DNA of 64,000 nt from Nitrososphaera sp. (GTDB lineage Archaea; Thermoproteota; Nitrososphaeria; Nitrososphaerales; Nitrososphaeraceae): positions 671 to 64,670 of the forward strand of contig JAHEZV010000002.1 in assembly GCA_023250885.1 (NCBI GenBank). Reading direction: 5' to 3'. Under the pieces are notes generated by a model, which ran no database searches, had not been told where the DNA came from, and was given only the letters and a program-made list of their open reading frames with translations. How positions within the stretch are numbered: position 1 is the first letter of the stretch; every line of letters starts with the position of its first letter. Positions 1 through 10,751 of this stretch are shown piece after piece. The translations under genes were made by a program, and so were the position numbers.

Positions 1-877
1 GCACTGTCCTCTCCATCAGAGGCCTGTTGGAGCGCGGGTCTATCAGGTGCGGGAACTCGACAAGCACTTCAGTCATTTCGTTGCCGCGCTCACCGCAGCC
101 AATGTATACAACTACTTTAGAGTCGGCCCATTTTGCGATCTGGTGTAATGTGACTGTCTTGCCCGTGCCAAAGCCGCCGGGGATTGCGCCGGTTCCTCCC
201 TTTGCAATTGGGAAAAATGTGTCGATTACGCGCTGGCCGGTTACCAGCGGTACCGTAGGGTCGTAGCGCTCGGCATAGGGCCTCGGCTTTCGCACGGGCC
301 ATTTGTGATACATCTTGAGCGACACTTTTTCGCCGCCCTTCTCGGTGGTCGCAATGACATGCTCGATGTCATAGTCGCCCTCGCCTGCAATATCGGCCAG
401 CTTGCCGGCTGGGTAATTTGGCGGGACAAGAATGCTGTGTGTCAGCAACGGGGTTTCTTCTACCGTGCCAAGGATAGAACCGGGGCCGACTTGGTCGCCC
501 TTTTTCGCGCTGGGCTTGAACTTGTACTTCTTTTTCATGTCCACCGGGGTCGTGACTACGCCCCTCCCGATGAATGCTCCGGACTTTGACGCGATCTCGT
601 CCAGCGGGCGCTGGATTCCGTCGTAGATCCTGCCTATGATTCCGGGGCCCAAAAGGACTGAAAGTGGCTGGCCTGTACCGACTACGGGCTCGCCCGGCTT
701 TAGCCCGGACGTTGATTCATAGACTTGGATAAATGCAACATCGCCAGTTAGCCTGATGACTTCGCCGATGAGCTTTGAATCGCCCACCTCAACTGTTTCG
801 TACATCTTTGCTGAAGACATGCCGTCTGCCTTGACTGCCGGGCCGCTAACCCAGACGATTCTGCCTTTTGCTACCAT
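1..877 (-). CDS. atpA: A/V-type ATP synthase catalytic subunit A, N-terminal ~292 aa (rest of gene lies beyond window start)
   Basis: Own minus-strand translation from ATG 877..875: [19 protein letters not shown]...[39 protein letters not shown] (Walker A). No stop before position 1. The start overlaps the atpE stop (TAATG). Confidence 0.9.
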   Translation of the reverse strand, partial: MVAKGRIVWVSGPAVKADGMSSAKMYETVEVGDSKLIGEVIRLTGDVAFIQVYESTSGLKPGEPVVGTGQPLSVLLGPGIIGRIYDGIQRPLDEIASKSGAFIGRGVVTTPVDMKKKYKFKPSAKKGDQVGPGSILGTVEETPLLTHSILVPPNYPAGKLADIAGEGDYDIEHVIATTEKGGEKVSLKMYHKWPVRKPRPYAERYDPTVPLVTGQRVIDTFFPIAKGGTGAIPGGFGTGKTVTLHQIAKWADSKVVVYIGCGERGNEMTEVLVEFPHLIDPRSNRPLMERTV

Positions 878-1494
878 TACGCCTCTTCTCTCAGCATCTG
901 GGCAATGTTTTTCCTTATTAAAGGTTTGAGTCTTTCAATTCTGGAATCAAGAGTGTTGTCGTAGGTCATGGTGCCGTCTGCGGACTTTACTCTGATGCCG
1001 CCTAGCACGTCAATGTGCTGGTCAGATACCCTGGCCTGCATCTTTGGGTTCTTTTTCTGCAGGTCCGCCAGTATCTTTTTGACCAGCTCGGCGTCATTTT
1101 TGTTGCATTCAATGACCACTTCGCCAGAGCCTACGGACGAGACGCTTTCTTCAATGATGCTGCTCATGAGCGCCCTGTAGCTGTCCTTGCCTCCAGAAGT
1201 CGCAAGCTTTTTCCGTGCCTCTTCAAATGCGTTGTTGACGGCGTTTTCAATCATCAAAAGTTCCTGGTTGCGGGCGGCGAGCCTGCCTGACCCCACTATC
1301 TGGCGCTTCAGGTTCTCTGCCTGCTTTTTTGCAGACTCGACTATCTTTGTGCGCTCGGCCTCTAGCTTGCCCCGGGAAGCCTCAAGGTTGTTTAGGGATT
1401 CCTGATAAGCAGAATCTATCTTCGAAATTAGCTCTGCTTCTTTCTGTGACAAAACCTTGCTGATCGTATGCTCTAAAGCAGAATTTGAGCTCAT
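877..1494 (-). CDS. atpE: A/V-type ATP synthase subunit E (peripheral stalk)
   Basis: ORF 877..1647 trimmed to ATG 1494 ([15 protein letters not shown]...). It has a coiled-coil N-half and a globular C-half, sits directly upstream of atpA and is translationally coupled to it. Confidence 0.75.
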   Translation of the reverse strand: MSSNSALEHTISKVLSQKEAELISKIDSAYQESLNNLEASRGKLEAERTKIVESAKKQAENLKRQIVGSGRLAARNQELLMIENAVNNAFEEARKKLATSGGKDSYRALMSSIIEESVSSVGSGEVVIECNKNDAELVKKILADLQKKNPKMQARVSDQHIDVLGGIRVKSADGTMTYDNTLDSRIERLKPLIRKNIAQMLREEA

Positions 1495-1541
1495 TTGACT
1501 GTTTTCGGCTGTCTCACCCGATTTTAACCTTTTGATGCGGC

Positions 1542-2009
1542 CTAGGTGGCAACGGCTCTGCCAAGCTTTGCGTCTACGCTTTCTGCAAGCGCCCTTATGC
1601 GCCTCAGATGGCCGCCCTCCCAGTATACTTTGCCGCAGTCCATACACTGGTAAAACTCTCTGTGCTGTTCAGCAACCTTGCCAGGTACGCCGTTTTTCAG
1701 CTGCTCCTGATTTTTCTCTTCGAGCAGTCCGTTGCACACCGAGCACCGGGAGCCTATGCCGCCCAGATCCACAGAAGTGACGCCGCTCTTTGACAGGATG
1801 TGCACCAGGTCTTCCAAATCACCTGCGCCGCTGACAAGCACGCCGCGGGCTCCTGCCTTGACCACGCGCTTGAAAAGCTCCTTGTCCGCGGTCAGAATGG
1901 CCCTGCCCTGATCGATGCCCATTTTCAGGATTTCGTCGTCGTGTGCATGCGCGATATAGAGTGTGTCAAAGCCAAAAATGCGGAGCTTGCGGGCGACGCT
2001 TCCGAGCAT
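1542..2009 (-). CDS. Mut7-C / DUF82 PIN-like RNase domain protein with C-terminal zinc ribbon
   Basis: C-terminal part of ORF 1542..2213: (FLADA)MLGSVARKLRIFGFDTLY...CSVCNGLL...YQCMDCGKVYWEGGH. Start taken as ATG 2009; GTG 2045 is an alternative. Confidence 0.7.
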   Translation of the reverse strand: MLGSVARKLRIFGFDTLYIAHAHDDEILKMGIDQGRAILTADKELFKRVVKAGARGVLVSGAGDLEDLVHILSKSGVTSVDLGGIGSRCSVCNGLLEEKNQEQLKNGVPGKVAEQHREFYQCMDCGKVYWEGGHLRRIRALAESVDAKLGRAVAT

Positions 2010-2025
2010 CGCGTCTGCAAGAAAG

Positions 2026-2631
2026 CTAGGCGCCTTCAGCGCCACCGGACGTCTCGCCCCTGCACACTTCGCAGATGAACGTGCCCTCGTCGTACTGCAA
2101 TAGATCGGACCACTCGCTGCACTCGTCGCAGTATCCAGATACATTGCCGGCCTGCCGGGCGATGCCAAGCTCGCCCCTGATAATTGCCGCCTTTTCAGAC
2201 ACAACGTCGACAAGGTCGGGCGTTACTGCTATCACGTCTGAAGAAGAAATGATTCCGACGAGCCTCTTCTTGTAGACCACACCGAGGCGCTTAATGTTGT
2301 GCTTCCTCAGCTGGCGCGCGGCCTCTGTGATGCTCTCTTCGCTCTCTATCGTGTGTATATCCTGCATCACGTCATTTGCCTTTATCTTGCTTGGTCTGGC
2401 GTCCTTGATCAGGCCGTTTGAAACAATATCCCAGTCAGTCACGATGCCAACAGGCTTGTCCTTTTCCATGATGACGATGCTCCCGATCTTTTCCTCCTTC
2501 ATCTTTTTCGCGAGATCGCGGATCGTGTCATGTGGCGATGCAGAAACCACGGGGCTGTTCATTATGTCCCTGACAAGCACGCGTGTGGTCATGTTTGCGT
2601 CGGCATGTTCTCTGACTGGCTTTTTTACCAC
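2026..2631 (-). CDS. CBS-pair protein with C-terminal zinc ribbon
   Basis: Two CBS repeats (VRDIMNSPVVSASP..., ANDVMQDIHTIESE...) followed by CDECSEW...CEVC. Start is GTG 2631 or ATG 2592. Confidence 0.75.
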   Translation of the reverse strand: MVKKPVREHADANMTTRVLVRDIMNSPVVSASPHDTIRDLAKKMKEEKIGSIVIMEKDKPVGIVTDWDIVSNGLIKDARPSKIKANDVMQDIHTIESEESITEAARQLRKHNIKRLGVVYKKRLVGIISSSDVIAVTPDLVDVVSEKAAIIRGELGIARQAGNVSGYCDECSEWSDLLQYDEGTFICEVCRGETSGGAEGA

Positions 2632-2658
2632 GAAAAGTAATCGGATTTCTGGCTTTAA

Positions 2659-4617
2659 TTACTTATCTGCTTGTCCCCTTGCTGTGAAAGATATCCTTGA
2701 CTGGCCCGTTGGAAGTGCCCTTACAAAGTCGTCAAGGCTGATGCGCTTTATAGTTTCTGCTGTTTCGCTGTCGCCGGCAATTTTTACAAATTCAGATTTT
2801 GCTTTTTTTGCCGCAGTCATCGGGTCCATGCCGCCCTGCAGGAGTACGGAGTAAAACATCGCTCTGTTTTTTATCGCTTCTTCAGGCCCGCAGACAAGCG
2901 TTTCCCTGCCGTCCAATTGGACGATGCCGATTGCAAGCCTTATCTCCACCCCCTTGAAGTAGTTCCGCTTGCCCTCTATCACGAATGAGCCCTTTGGCAG
3001 GAACTGCCCTGTCGGCGCCCCCTTTTTAATCTGCCCCGGTGTGATCCAGTATGCGTCGGCGCTAGAGAGGCCGTCCTTCCATGCCCTGCTGAACGAGACA
3101 GTTGCCTTTGCGACCTGGAGCAGGGAGGAGTCGATCCTGCCCTCATAAGCCGACGCCACCGCGTTTTTCACAATGAAAAATGGCGAGCCGTGAACTTCGG
3201 CGTGGAAAACAATGTCGTCCTCTGTCAAGTGCTTGCGTATCAACGCCGAGTTTGACGAAGCGTCGCGCCCGCCGATTGCCAAGAGCCCATCGGTGGTGAG
3301 GAACCACCTGTAGCGCTCGTACCACTCCTTGGCAGTCTGCTCCTTTACAATGACTTTCTTATGGATGGCCGCGGTCTGGTTCCGCAATTTTTCGATCTGC
3401 GCAAGCAGCTTTGACCGCGCTTCTTCGATCGACGCACCACCGCGCTCCATCTCTTTTGCCCTTGCAAAAAGCATCGAGCTGACCTTGGCAAGGTTCGCCT
3501 GCATCTCTATCTGCTCGCCTACAACTTCGACATATTTCACGGCCTTTTCCTTCACTATTGAAGCAGAATTCGCGGCAAGCATATCATGGATCTTACCATC
3601 GTCTGGATTCTGGTAGGAAAGCGCCATAAGCCCATCGGCAAGTTTGCGTATTGCAGCCGACTTTTGCATGACCGCTTCCTTGGCCTTGTTCTGTTCGTCA
3701 AGGTCATGCTCAAGGACCGCTATCTGCCTGTCAAGCTCGACCGTCTTGCTGCTACGCCCGATGTCCAGAATTTCGCTGCTCAACGCTTCGTCGACTGCGT
3801 CCATGTATGACGCGGCTTTCTTGGTGTTAGCCTTTGCAGCTTCTTCTGTCATTATCGGCAGCGCTTCCAGCGGCTTCTCGCCTGCCATAATTATTACAGG
3901 CTCGTGGTTCTTGCCGGCGCTAACGTCATTGACAAGGCTCTTGACGGTGGAATAGATTTTTTCAACTTCTTCATCTGACAGGCGGGCTGCCTGCCTGTCT
4001 GCCTCAATGCCTGCCCGCTTGGCCACTTCCTCGACGAATTTCTTGGGCATTGAAACGCTGCGCCCGATCCACCTCAGGACGTCAAGGTTCTTTGCCTCAT
4101 TTCTCAATGAAAGCATCTGTTCAAGGGTGACTTCGAAAACGTCGACGCCCCTCGACGGCGGGTAGGCGTAGCGCAACCCAAGGTTGAGGGTCCTATGCCT
4201 TACATGGATTGGGTTTAGAATTGCAATTATCTGCATTCCTTCGTCGCATATCGCAAGGTTGCCCTCGCCAAAGAACTCGCACACGACAATTCTCACCTTG
4301 CCGTCAGGGTGCCTGAGTTTCATTGAGACAACGCGCTCGCTTCCGGCCTGATCTATCAAATCTAATTTTGCGCGCTCGAGTTCTTTCTGGGCGACACTCG
4401 CAAGGCTGTTCTCCTCCACCGCCTTGAACTTGAGCCTCGTGATCCATACACCCCTTGCAGACAAGACCAGCATGATGTCCTCCTGCGTCGGGTGGTGGAG
4501 CTTGAGAAGGAGGGAGCTCTTTGTTATTGCGTTGACGCCGCTTACATAATACCCTGAGGTAACCCTGCTCCTGATCTCATTGACAAGGTATCGCAGCTCG
4601 ATGCCTGACAGCTCCAT
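2659..4617 (-). CDS. NFACT-family (FbpA/Rqc2/RqcH-like) ribosome quality-control protein
   Basis: ORF 2659..4704 trimmed to ATG 4617 (MELSGIELRYLVNEI...). It shows the NFACT-N domain, a long coiled coil and a DUF814-like region (GGRDASSNSALIRKH, VHGSPFFIV). Confidence 0.8.
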   Translation of the reverse strand: MELSGIELRYLVNEIRSRVTSGYYVSGVNAITKSSLLLKLHHPTQEDIMLVLSARGVWITRLKFKAVEENSLASVAQKELERAKLDLIDQAGSERVVSMKLRHPDGKVRIVVCEFFGEGNLAICDEGMQIIAILNPIHVRHRTLNLGLRYAYPPSRGVDVFEVTLEQMLSLRNEAKNLDVLRWIGRSVSMPKKFVEEVAKRAGIEADRQAARLSDEEVEKIYSTVKSLVNDVSAGKNHEPVIIMAGEKPLEALPIMTEEAAKANTKKAASYMDAVDEALSSEILDIGRSSKTVELDRQIAVLEHDLDEQNKAKEAVMQKSAAIRKLADGLMALSYQNPDDGKIHDMLAANSASIVKEKAVKYVEVVGEQIEMQANLAKVSSMLFARAKEMERGGASIEEARSKLLAQIEKLRNQTAAIHKKVIVKEQTAKEWYERYRWFLTTDGLLAIGGRDASSNSALIRKHLTEDDIVFHAEVHGSPFFIVKNAVASAYEGRIDSSLLQVAKATVSFSRAWKDGLSSADAYWITPGQIKKGAPTGQFLPKGSFVIEGKRNYFKGVEIRLAIGIVQLDGRETLVCGPEEAIKNRAMFYSVLLQGGMDPMTAAKKAKSEFVKIAGDSETAETIKRISLDDFVRALPTGQSRISFTARGQADK

Positions 4618-4706
4618 GCAAGAGGAACAGTATGTCGCAAATATTAAACAATTGAAAACAACCGCAATGCATTTTACCAGCTCCAATTTAATCAAGAAAG
4701 GCAACC

Positions 4707-5003
4707 TTGGACATATTTGAAAAGGTCTACTATATGCGTGCCTTGGTGGGCGTGGCTGCCGGCATTGTTGCAGGTTTTGTCATCCCTGCCGAGTTTGACC
4801 AGAACTCGTCAATAGGCGTGGCCCTTGGAATCGCGATTGTGCTCTACTTCATCTCCTTTGGCGTCGCCAAAAGCATAGCCAAGAACGTGCCAAAGGACAA
4901 GCGCAGAAAGGTTGCAACCGAAGGCATCATCCCGTTCATATTCCTGCTGCTGACGTTCATGATAATAGTCTACACGGCCCTCCATCAGTCCATTCTAACA
5001 TAA
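4707..5003 (+). CDS. Small integral membrane protein, unknown function
   Basis: 98-aa ORF with a TTG start (alternative ATG 4734). Three hydrophobic segments and a KDKRRK loop. Divergent from the NFACT gene. Confidence 0.5.
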   Translation: MDIFEKVYYMRALVGVAAGIVAGFVIPAEFDQNSSIGVALGIAIVLYFISFGVAKSIAKNVPKDKRRKVATEGIIPFIFLLLTFMIIVYTALHQSILT

Positions 5004-5031
5004 ATATCGGCGCCAGCTCAGATAAAGCAAA

Positions 5032-5613
5032 TTGTGGGACTATCGCACTCCGGGCATCCCTGACGAGCTTTTCGAGCGGACAGAAGAAGTGCCAATAACA
5101 AAGGAGGATATTCGCGCAATAGCAATAAGCAAGCTGCGGCTCAGAGAAGGCCATTCCGCGATAGACGTTGGCTGCGGCAGCGGAAGCATCACCGTCGAAC
5201 TATGCCTGCAGACGAAAGGCAGCGTGTATGCCATCGACTTTGACCAGAAAGCAATCGAGCTGACTAGGAAAAACCTGCAAAAGTTTGGAGTAAAGGCGGA
5301 AATAATTCTTGGCATGGCGCAGGACGTCCTGCCAAAGCTGCCGCAGGCCGATGCGGTAATAATCGGCGGCACATGGGGCGACACACGGCAAGTGATCGAG
5401 CTCGCAGTTGGCAAGTTGAAAAAGGGTGGCAGGATAGTGATCGACACGATATTAATTGAGACGATGTACCAGGCGCTTGCCTCTATCAACGAATTAAAGC
5501 TTACCGAAGTCGATATCACTCAAATAACAATTTCAAAGGCGCGCAAGGTGACGACTGGAACGATGATGCTTGCAAGGAACCCCGTGATGATAATATCCGC
5601 AACTAAACCCTAG
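5032..5613 (+). CDS. cbiT: Cobalt-precorrin-6B C15-methyltransferase (decarboxylating), CbiT-like
   Basis: [18 protein letters not shown] motif [12 protein letters not shown], and length/architecture of CbiT. TTG start. Confidence 0.8.
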   Translation: MWDYRTPGIPDELFERTEEVPITKEDIRAIAISKLRLREGHSAIDVGCGSGSITVELCLQTKGSVYAIDFDQKAIELTRKNLQKFGVKAEIILGMAQDVLPKLPQADAVIIGGTWGDTRQVIELAVGKLKKGGRIVIDTILIETMYQALASINELKLTEVDITQITISKARKVTTGTMMLARNPVMIISATKP

Positions 5614-6442
5614 CAATAGCGGCATCAAGATATTCTCTGTCGATCTCAAAACCAACAAACGGTATTCCAAGGCGCACTGCCGCGACCGCGGTCGATCCAA
5701 TGCCGGTGAACGGGTCGACGACCATCTTGGCGTGGCCGTGCACCGTTATGCACAACTCTGGCAATTTGACAGGGAACGTAGCCGGGTGCGGCCGCTCGCT
5801 CTTGCTCTGTATCGTTTCGTAGGGGATGAACCACGTGTTGCCCCTGTCGCGCCTGTCCTCTTTTGCAGCTTTCCACCGCCCGATATTTGTCTTGTCCTGG
5901 TACGGTATTCCTACTGCAAGCTTGTCAAGATGAGCATCACCAGTTTTTGTAAAATGGAAAATGTATTCGTGGCAGTCGTTCAGGAACCTGTCGCTCACTA
6001 TTGGCTTGAAGTGGCCGACTGCGATGTCGCCGGCAATGTTTGGGTAATTGCCGACATCGGCCTTGCTTATTGCTATCGATTTGATCCAGTGGATGACGTT
6101 CTGCAGCACAAAGTGCTTCCTCAGGACCGAGGCGACGTCCCACGCTATCCACTGGTCCCTTGGCTTGTTCCCGATGTTGAGAAAGAGCGAGCCGTCGTCT
6201 GCAAGTGCTTGTTTGATCGCGACGCCCACATCTTCCATCCATGCCAGATATTTTTCGCGCGGCAACGCGTCACTGTAAGAGCCATAGCCGATCCCGATGT
6301 TGTAGGGCGGCGACGTAACGATCACGTCTACGGATTTTTCTTCAACGTTTTCCTTCAAGCCGCTTATGCAGTCCTTCAGGTAAAAAGTGGCCAAGCAACC
6401 GCTTTTTTGCACTATCCTGTAAGGCGCGTCCTGATTCTGCAA
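5603..6442 (-). CDS. Beta-class DNA methyltransferase (N4/N6 family) with SPPY catalytic motif, probably m4C-type; no adjacent endonuclease
   Basis: Motif [15 protein letters not shown] lies N-terminal to motif [30 protein letters not shown] start. Confidence 0.8.
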   Translation of the reverse strand: MQNQDAPYRIVQKSGCLATFYLKDCISGLKENVEEKSVDVIVTSPPYNIGIGYGSYSDALPREKYLAWMEDVGVAIKQALADDGSLFLNIGNKPRDQWIAWDVASVLRKHFVLQNVIHWIKSIAISKADVGNYPNIAGDIAVGHFKPIVSDRFLNDCHEYIFHFTKTGDAHLDKLAVGIPYQDKTNIGRWKAAKEDRRDRGNTWFIPYETIQSKSERPHPATFPVKLPELCITVHGHAKMVVDPFTGIGSTAVAAVRLGIPFVGFEIDREYLDAAIARV

Positions 6443-7008
6443 TGAGTCAAAACATGCAGCCCAGCATTTATCCTTTGCATTTTTCGCGTCCTTACTACGG
6501 GAAGAATCTCTTATTGCTGCTATAGGCGAGTCTGCTCAATAGCTTGCGTGTTGTTTGCGATGGAGTGCCTCCACAATGCAAAAGGTGCGGCATCGTCTAC
6601 GGCTGCAACGTAGAACGGTGCGGCCAGCCCTTTAGAAGCGGCTACTGTAAGGTATGCTCGTCGCCGGCAGCAATGAATTCTATGACTATTACCAATTAGC
6701 GAGCGGTGGCAAAGTCGAGCTCTACCCCGCGCCTTTTGTCATAGTTGAAGGTAAAGCTCTCTTTTTCCGCAAGCGGCATCCTAGAGATTGCAGCATCGCA
6801 CTGGGGGCATGCAACAATGTCGTGCCTTCGAGTGCTAATAGCTGAAGCTGCCCAGAAGCAGAAATTGCATATAAGAAACTGGCGCGGAAGTTTTAGGGAA
6901 GAATCAACATTTTGAATCTCCAGTACAGACGCTATTGTTACAATCAAACTAATTCTAAATATTAAAAGAGTCTGGAGTGTTGTACTAATTCTAAAGCTAG
7001 TTGTAATG

Positions 7009-8073
7009 TTATAGAGCTTTATTCTTGGCGATCAGTTTGCCGCTCGCCGCAGCTCCTAGGATTCCCATCGCGGCCGCAGGCGCAACCACGAGCGGCATGA
7101 CCGTTCCCAACATCTTGAAATACGTTGGGGCCATGAGGCTTGGCCATATGGTATTTTGCTCCAGCACCTTGCCGTATGTGTACGTTATGAGCGGGTAGTA
7201 CAGGGTAAAGAAGGCAAGCGCGACTATGGCGCCGGCAGCATACAGGGAAATTCTTGATCTGGAAAATGACAGCAGCGCATCGGCTGCTGCAAACGGTATG
7301 ATGTTGGCTGCGTAAAACGGGAGTGTTTGCACCAGCGCGCCATTCGGCACTATGGATGTCAGCATGCCAGTCGCGATAAAGGCCGCGCCGACAGCTGTCA
7401 TTACGCCGAAGCGCTTGCCAGCAAGAGCTGACGAGCTGCACGCCAGCACCGATATCAGCACCGGAAAGGCAAGTGTCGCGACAGTCACTCCAAGGGCTGG
7501 ATGCGGGTTGAAGTCAAAGTAGTCGGTCCTTGAGAACGGAAGCGAAAACATGTCAATCATGCCTGAAGCTGCAAGCCACACTGGCAGCACGCCGATTATG
7601 ATGAGGAGAGGGTGCAGCCGGAGCTCCCTGAAAGCCATGCTGCCATGGTAGACCATGCCGGCAAGAGCGCCAACGCTGCTCGCTATCATGCCGCTTACAA
7701 GCACAAAGTGCGGCGGGCTGAGCAGGCCGTCGAGCCCGAATGCCGAGTGCCACGCAAAGTCGACCGGCCCGGCAACTACCAGTATTATGACGCCGGCCAC
7801 CACCAGTTTGATTGGCCGGATGGTCGCGCCGGTGCGCCTGGAAGTTAAGAACAATATGACTGCACCGGCCACCGCCGCGCCCGCTCCCGAGTAGAGCACC
7901 GCGTGCGGAGGCGCAAAAAAAGTTTCAGGCTTGTTCAGCAGGTGGTTGTTAATGTCCCAGCTCCCGCCTCCTGCCGCCAGCAAAACACCTAGGCTCACTA
8001 ACACATAGCCGGCGAGGAACCTCGAGCTGGAGCCAATGATGCTCTGGGCAGGGCTCTGCCTGAAATAGTTCAT
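7009..8073 (-). CDS. Polytopic membrane protein, unknown function
   Basis: 354-aa ORF with about 10 hydrophobic helices and conserved-looking His motifs (WDINNH, FAPPHAV, FAWHSAFG, SPPHFV). Confidence 0.6.
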   Translation of the reverse strand: MNYFRQSPAQSIIGSSSRFLAGYVLVSLGVLLAAGGGSWDINNHLLNKPETFFAPPHAVLYSGAGAAVAGAVILFLTSRRTGATIRPIKLVVAGVIILVVAGPVDFAWHSAFGLDGLLSPPHFVLVSGMIASSVGALAGMVYHGSMAFRELRLHPLLIIIGVLPVWLAASGMIDMFSLPFSRTDYFDFNPHPALGVTVATLAFPVLISVLACSSSALAGKRFGVMTAVGAAFIATGMLTSIVPNGALVQTLPFYAANIIPFAAADALLSFSRSRISLYAAGAIVALAFFTLYYPLITYTYGKVLEQNTIWPSLMAPTYFKMLGTVMPLVVAPAAAMGILGAAASGKLIAKNKAL

Positions 8074-8099
8074 TTGCTATTTTTTCGCATCTTTGATAA

Positions 8100-8687
8100 T
8101 TAAGGCTTTGTGACCTGCACGTGATACACTTCCACAAATTCCTTCTGGTAATCGCTGATGCCCTCATGCGGCCAGTGTGCCCCGTCCCAGCTGTGCGGGA
8201 AGGCAACAGACTTGACAAATACTGCAAACATGCCCTCTGTTTGAGGCCTGACCTGCAGGTCTATGTTGTAGCTGCTACCGCCTGCCCACGGTCTGCTGAA
8301 AGCCTCGACCGACGCGTATTGCGCATCTACTGGCCTTCCATTGCCGGCATATTCCGAGCCAACAGGCTTGCCGGCATCGATCAGGATGGGAGTCTGTACA
8401 AAAATATGCTTGAGAACCTCTATGTTGTCAGCCCTTGTGAGGTTTGGAAAGCCGATAGACACGATCTGCATGTCAGCCTCCTCACCCCTATTTGTGCCAG
8501 TCACAGAAATGACAAAGGTCCCTTCCAGCTTGACCTCGGCGGTAGACAGGCTTACGTTTGTGATGACAGCCTCGGGCCTTCTTGGCTCTATCTGGTATGA
8601 CTGGGGAAAAACATATAGCGAAAGCGAAAAGTACAGCGCAAGCGAGGCGGCAACTGGACCTACAAGAATTATCGCCCTTAACAACAA
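8100..8687 (-). CDS. N-terminally anchored extracytoplasmic protein, unknown function
   Basis: 195-aa ORF with a signal-anchor (LLRAIILVGPVAASLALYF) followed by beta-rich sequence. It is 27 nt upstream (same strand) of the membrane-protein gene 7009..8073. Confidence 0.55.
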   Translation of the reverse strand: MLLRAIILVGPVAASLALYFSLSLYVFPQSYQIEPRRPEAVITNVSLSTAEVKLEGTFVISVTGTNRGEEADMQIVSIGFPNLTRADNIEVLKHIFVQTPILIDAGKPVGSEYAGNGRPVDAQYASVEAFSRPWAGGSSYNIDLQVRPQTEGMFAVFVKSVAFPHSWDGAHWPHEGISDYQKEFVEVYHVQVTKP

Positions 8688-8763
8688 TGTGTCATAGGGT
8701 TATACCTCTGACCTTTTATTCCTTGGCACAATGTGAAAATACTGCCTCTTCCTGATTTTACGC

Positions 8764-8985
8764 GTGCTAAAGGCGTCGTATGTCCTAGTGGCCACAGTCG
8801 CGGTCGCGGCGCTCGTGCCGATCTCACTTGCACTTGCCGGCGTAGGACCAGAGATAGGCGGAAAGCAAGATTACGGGGTTTACGACAATGCCGACAGCAG
8901 AATAGAGGACGCAAGAAGAGACGTCACCCCCGCGTACCAGCTGAATGGAACAGAAATAATTCCGGAAGTCCGGGGATTAGCATGA
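8764..8985 (+). CDS. Small signal-peptide protein, unknown function
   Basis: GTG start. N-terminal hydrophobic segment VLVATVAVAALVPISLALA. Only ORF-level support. Confidence 0.35.
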   Translation: MLKASYVLVATVAVAALVPISLALAGVGPEIGGKQDYGVYDNADSRIEDARRDVTPAYQLNGTEIIPEVRGLA

Positions 8986-9001
8986 CATCGTCGGTGCTAG
9001 C

Positions 9002-9382
9002 GTGAAAAAGCAAGACGAAGCATTCCTCTATACAATCGAGCTTGCAGGCAACCCAAACCCGAACGAAAACCCTGAAACCCTGTATCTTTGGGACATAGTT
9101 ACAGACAAAGAGCAGTATTACGGGATCTTGCTTCCGCATTTTGCTACAGGCAATAACTCGACGGAAAGAGGATGGTATTTAGCGGTGTTTAACATGACTT
9201 CTAACACTTACATAGTGCCGATGGCAAAAATCTTTGACATGCCAGAAAAAAGGGTGGAATTCCCAGTCAAGGATTTTTTCATCGGAGCTCCGTCGTCATT
9301 CCGCTACTGGGTTGAAGTGTTTGTGCGCACCAACAGCACGCTTTCTGGACCGCCTGATTACCTTATGGATTACGCGCCGTGA
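9002..9382 (+). CDS. Hypothetical protein
   Basis: 126-aa ORF with a GTG start and non-repetitive, protein-like composition. No motif recognised. Confidence 0.45.
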   Translation: MKKQDEAFLYTIELAGNPNPNENPETLYLWDIVTDKEQYYGILLPHFATGNNSTERGWYLAVFNMTSNTYIVPMAKIFDMPEKRVEFPVKDFFIGAPSSFRYWVEVFVRTNSTLSGPPDYLMDYAP

Positions 9383-9662
9383 TCACACAAAGCTGGGCCG
9401 CACTGTCCCGGCGTGCTTTTATCTCAATTTTCTTACGTCACACATCCTATGCCGTCAATATCCATGTCAAACCCATGTGGATCAGGTGACAGAACCCTGA
9501 ATTGACTGTAAGAAATGTCATCGCAGTCTAGGTTTGGGGAGGAAAGCGGGATGCGCACATCTGGATATGAGTTATCGCAATTGCTGGCTTCTTCTGTAGA
9601 CATGCGCAGCACAGAGAGAGACCTGCGCAGAGAAGTGGCAGTAGCTCTATGTACATTCTTTG

Positions 9663-10200
9663 TTATTTCAAAAATCGTCCAGATATGCCATCTTTTACAA
9701 TATAGTTGATCAAATAGTCGCCAATCGGGAATGGGCTCTCCTGCGTCAGCTCCAAGAACAGTTCCGTATTTGACCTATGGGAGACTATGCTTCCAACGGG
9801 CACGTCCTCCATTGTCAGAAGCTCGGTGCCGTTTGCGCTGGATATCCTATAGTCTGCCGTAATGTTCATCAGGTACAGCGTGTTGCCTTGATCGTCCAGA
9901 ACCGGCATGTGATCAAATCCGACCGGCTCGACGTAAAGCACTATTGTTTCGTCGGGCCTAAAGGTGTTCCCGTCCTCTTCGTACACGCCATAGCCGGCGG
10001 CAGAGAACGGCTCGACAAACGTGCTGAACGTGGATTTGAACTCTGTCTGGTTCCAGACCGACAGACTTCTTCGTTGCGTCGTCGAGCGTCATGTTTGACG
10101 CCGTGCCATTGGCTGGCAACGTCTATACACCTGACGTCTGATTCTGCGCGAGCGCGGCGCCGGAAACTGCTGCAGCTGCAGCGGCAAAAGCGATTATCAT
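9663..10200 (-). pseudogene. Secreted-protein gene disrupted by an in-frame TAG and a frameshift
   Basis: ATG 10200 gives the signal peptide MIIAFAAAAAAVSGAALAQNQTSGV, then TAG (10125..10123), then TLPANGTASNMTLDDATKKSV in the same frame. The rest (WNQTEFKSTFSTFVEPFSAAGYGVYEEDG...) is in another frame and continuous with ORF 9663..9986. Confidence 0.45.
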
Positions 10201-10751
10201 AGTGCGGCTGACGGCTGACAAATTCGCGATAAATTGGCAGAGACGTACGTGCTTGGCTCTTAATTTATTCGGCAGCATCTACGAGAAAAAGTTTCATAAA
10301 AGGAGGATAAAAGGCGCTTAGCGATTCTGCATCAACGACCTGTTACAGCCTATGCCGTTAAAGTCGCGTTTTTTAACCGATGCAGTTTTGTCCGCCAAGC
10401 GCCAAGGTCAAGCCATGGCTTTCGGCACTATCATCACTATATAATAACAGTAATTACATAAAAACATTCTCATTTACTGATATTCTCGAGGAAAGAGGTA
10501 CAATATACTATTTTACATGTTATATAACTTGAATTCATAAATTTCTTACAATTGATGTGATCGTTTTTCGGTCGGACCGTGCCGCAATAGTTTTGTAATG
10601 CATCGGCGGGTAATTTTATGACTACAGTTTTTCCAGAAAATTCTGCAGATGCAGCGAAAGCTGCAAACGCAACTTTCAATAATAAACCTGCAACATCGAG
10701 GTACATTTTTAATGCTGATTCTTGGTGATAGTCACGTTGCTCAATATCATT

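Noticed and set aside
5603-6442. Restriction endonuclease partners for the two DNA methyltransferases (5603..6442 and 56874..57950).
   Set aside because: Neighbouring ORFs on both sides were read. None shows PD-(D/E)xK, HNH, GIY-YIG or helicase/Res motifs, so both enzymes are treated as orphans.
6948-6995. Two pairs of 12-nt direct repeats were noticed: actaattctaaa at 6948 and 6984, and aattagttcttt at 22573 and 22632.
   Set aside because: Each is a short, AT-rich two-copy repeat in AT-rich spacer DNA and is compatible with chance. No associated structure or gene boundary was seen.
8764-9382. ORFs 8764..8985 and 9002..9382 read as one frameshifted gene (signal peptide plus domain).
   Set aside because: The frames differ, and a stop (8978-8980) closes the second frame just upstream of its GTG. 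There is no sequence continuity across the junction to support a fusion.
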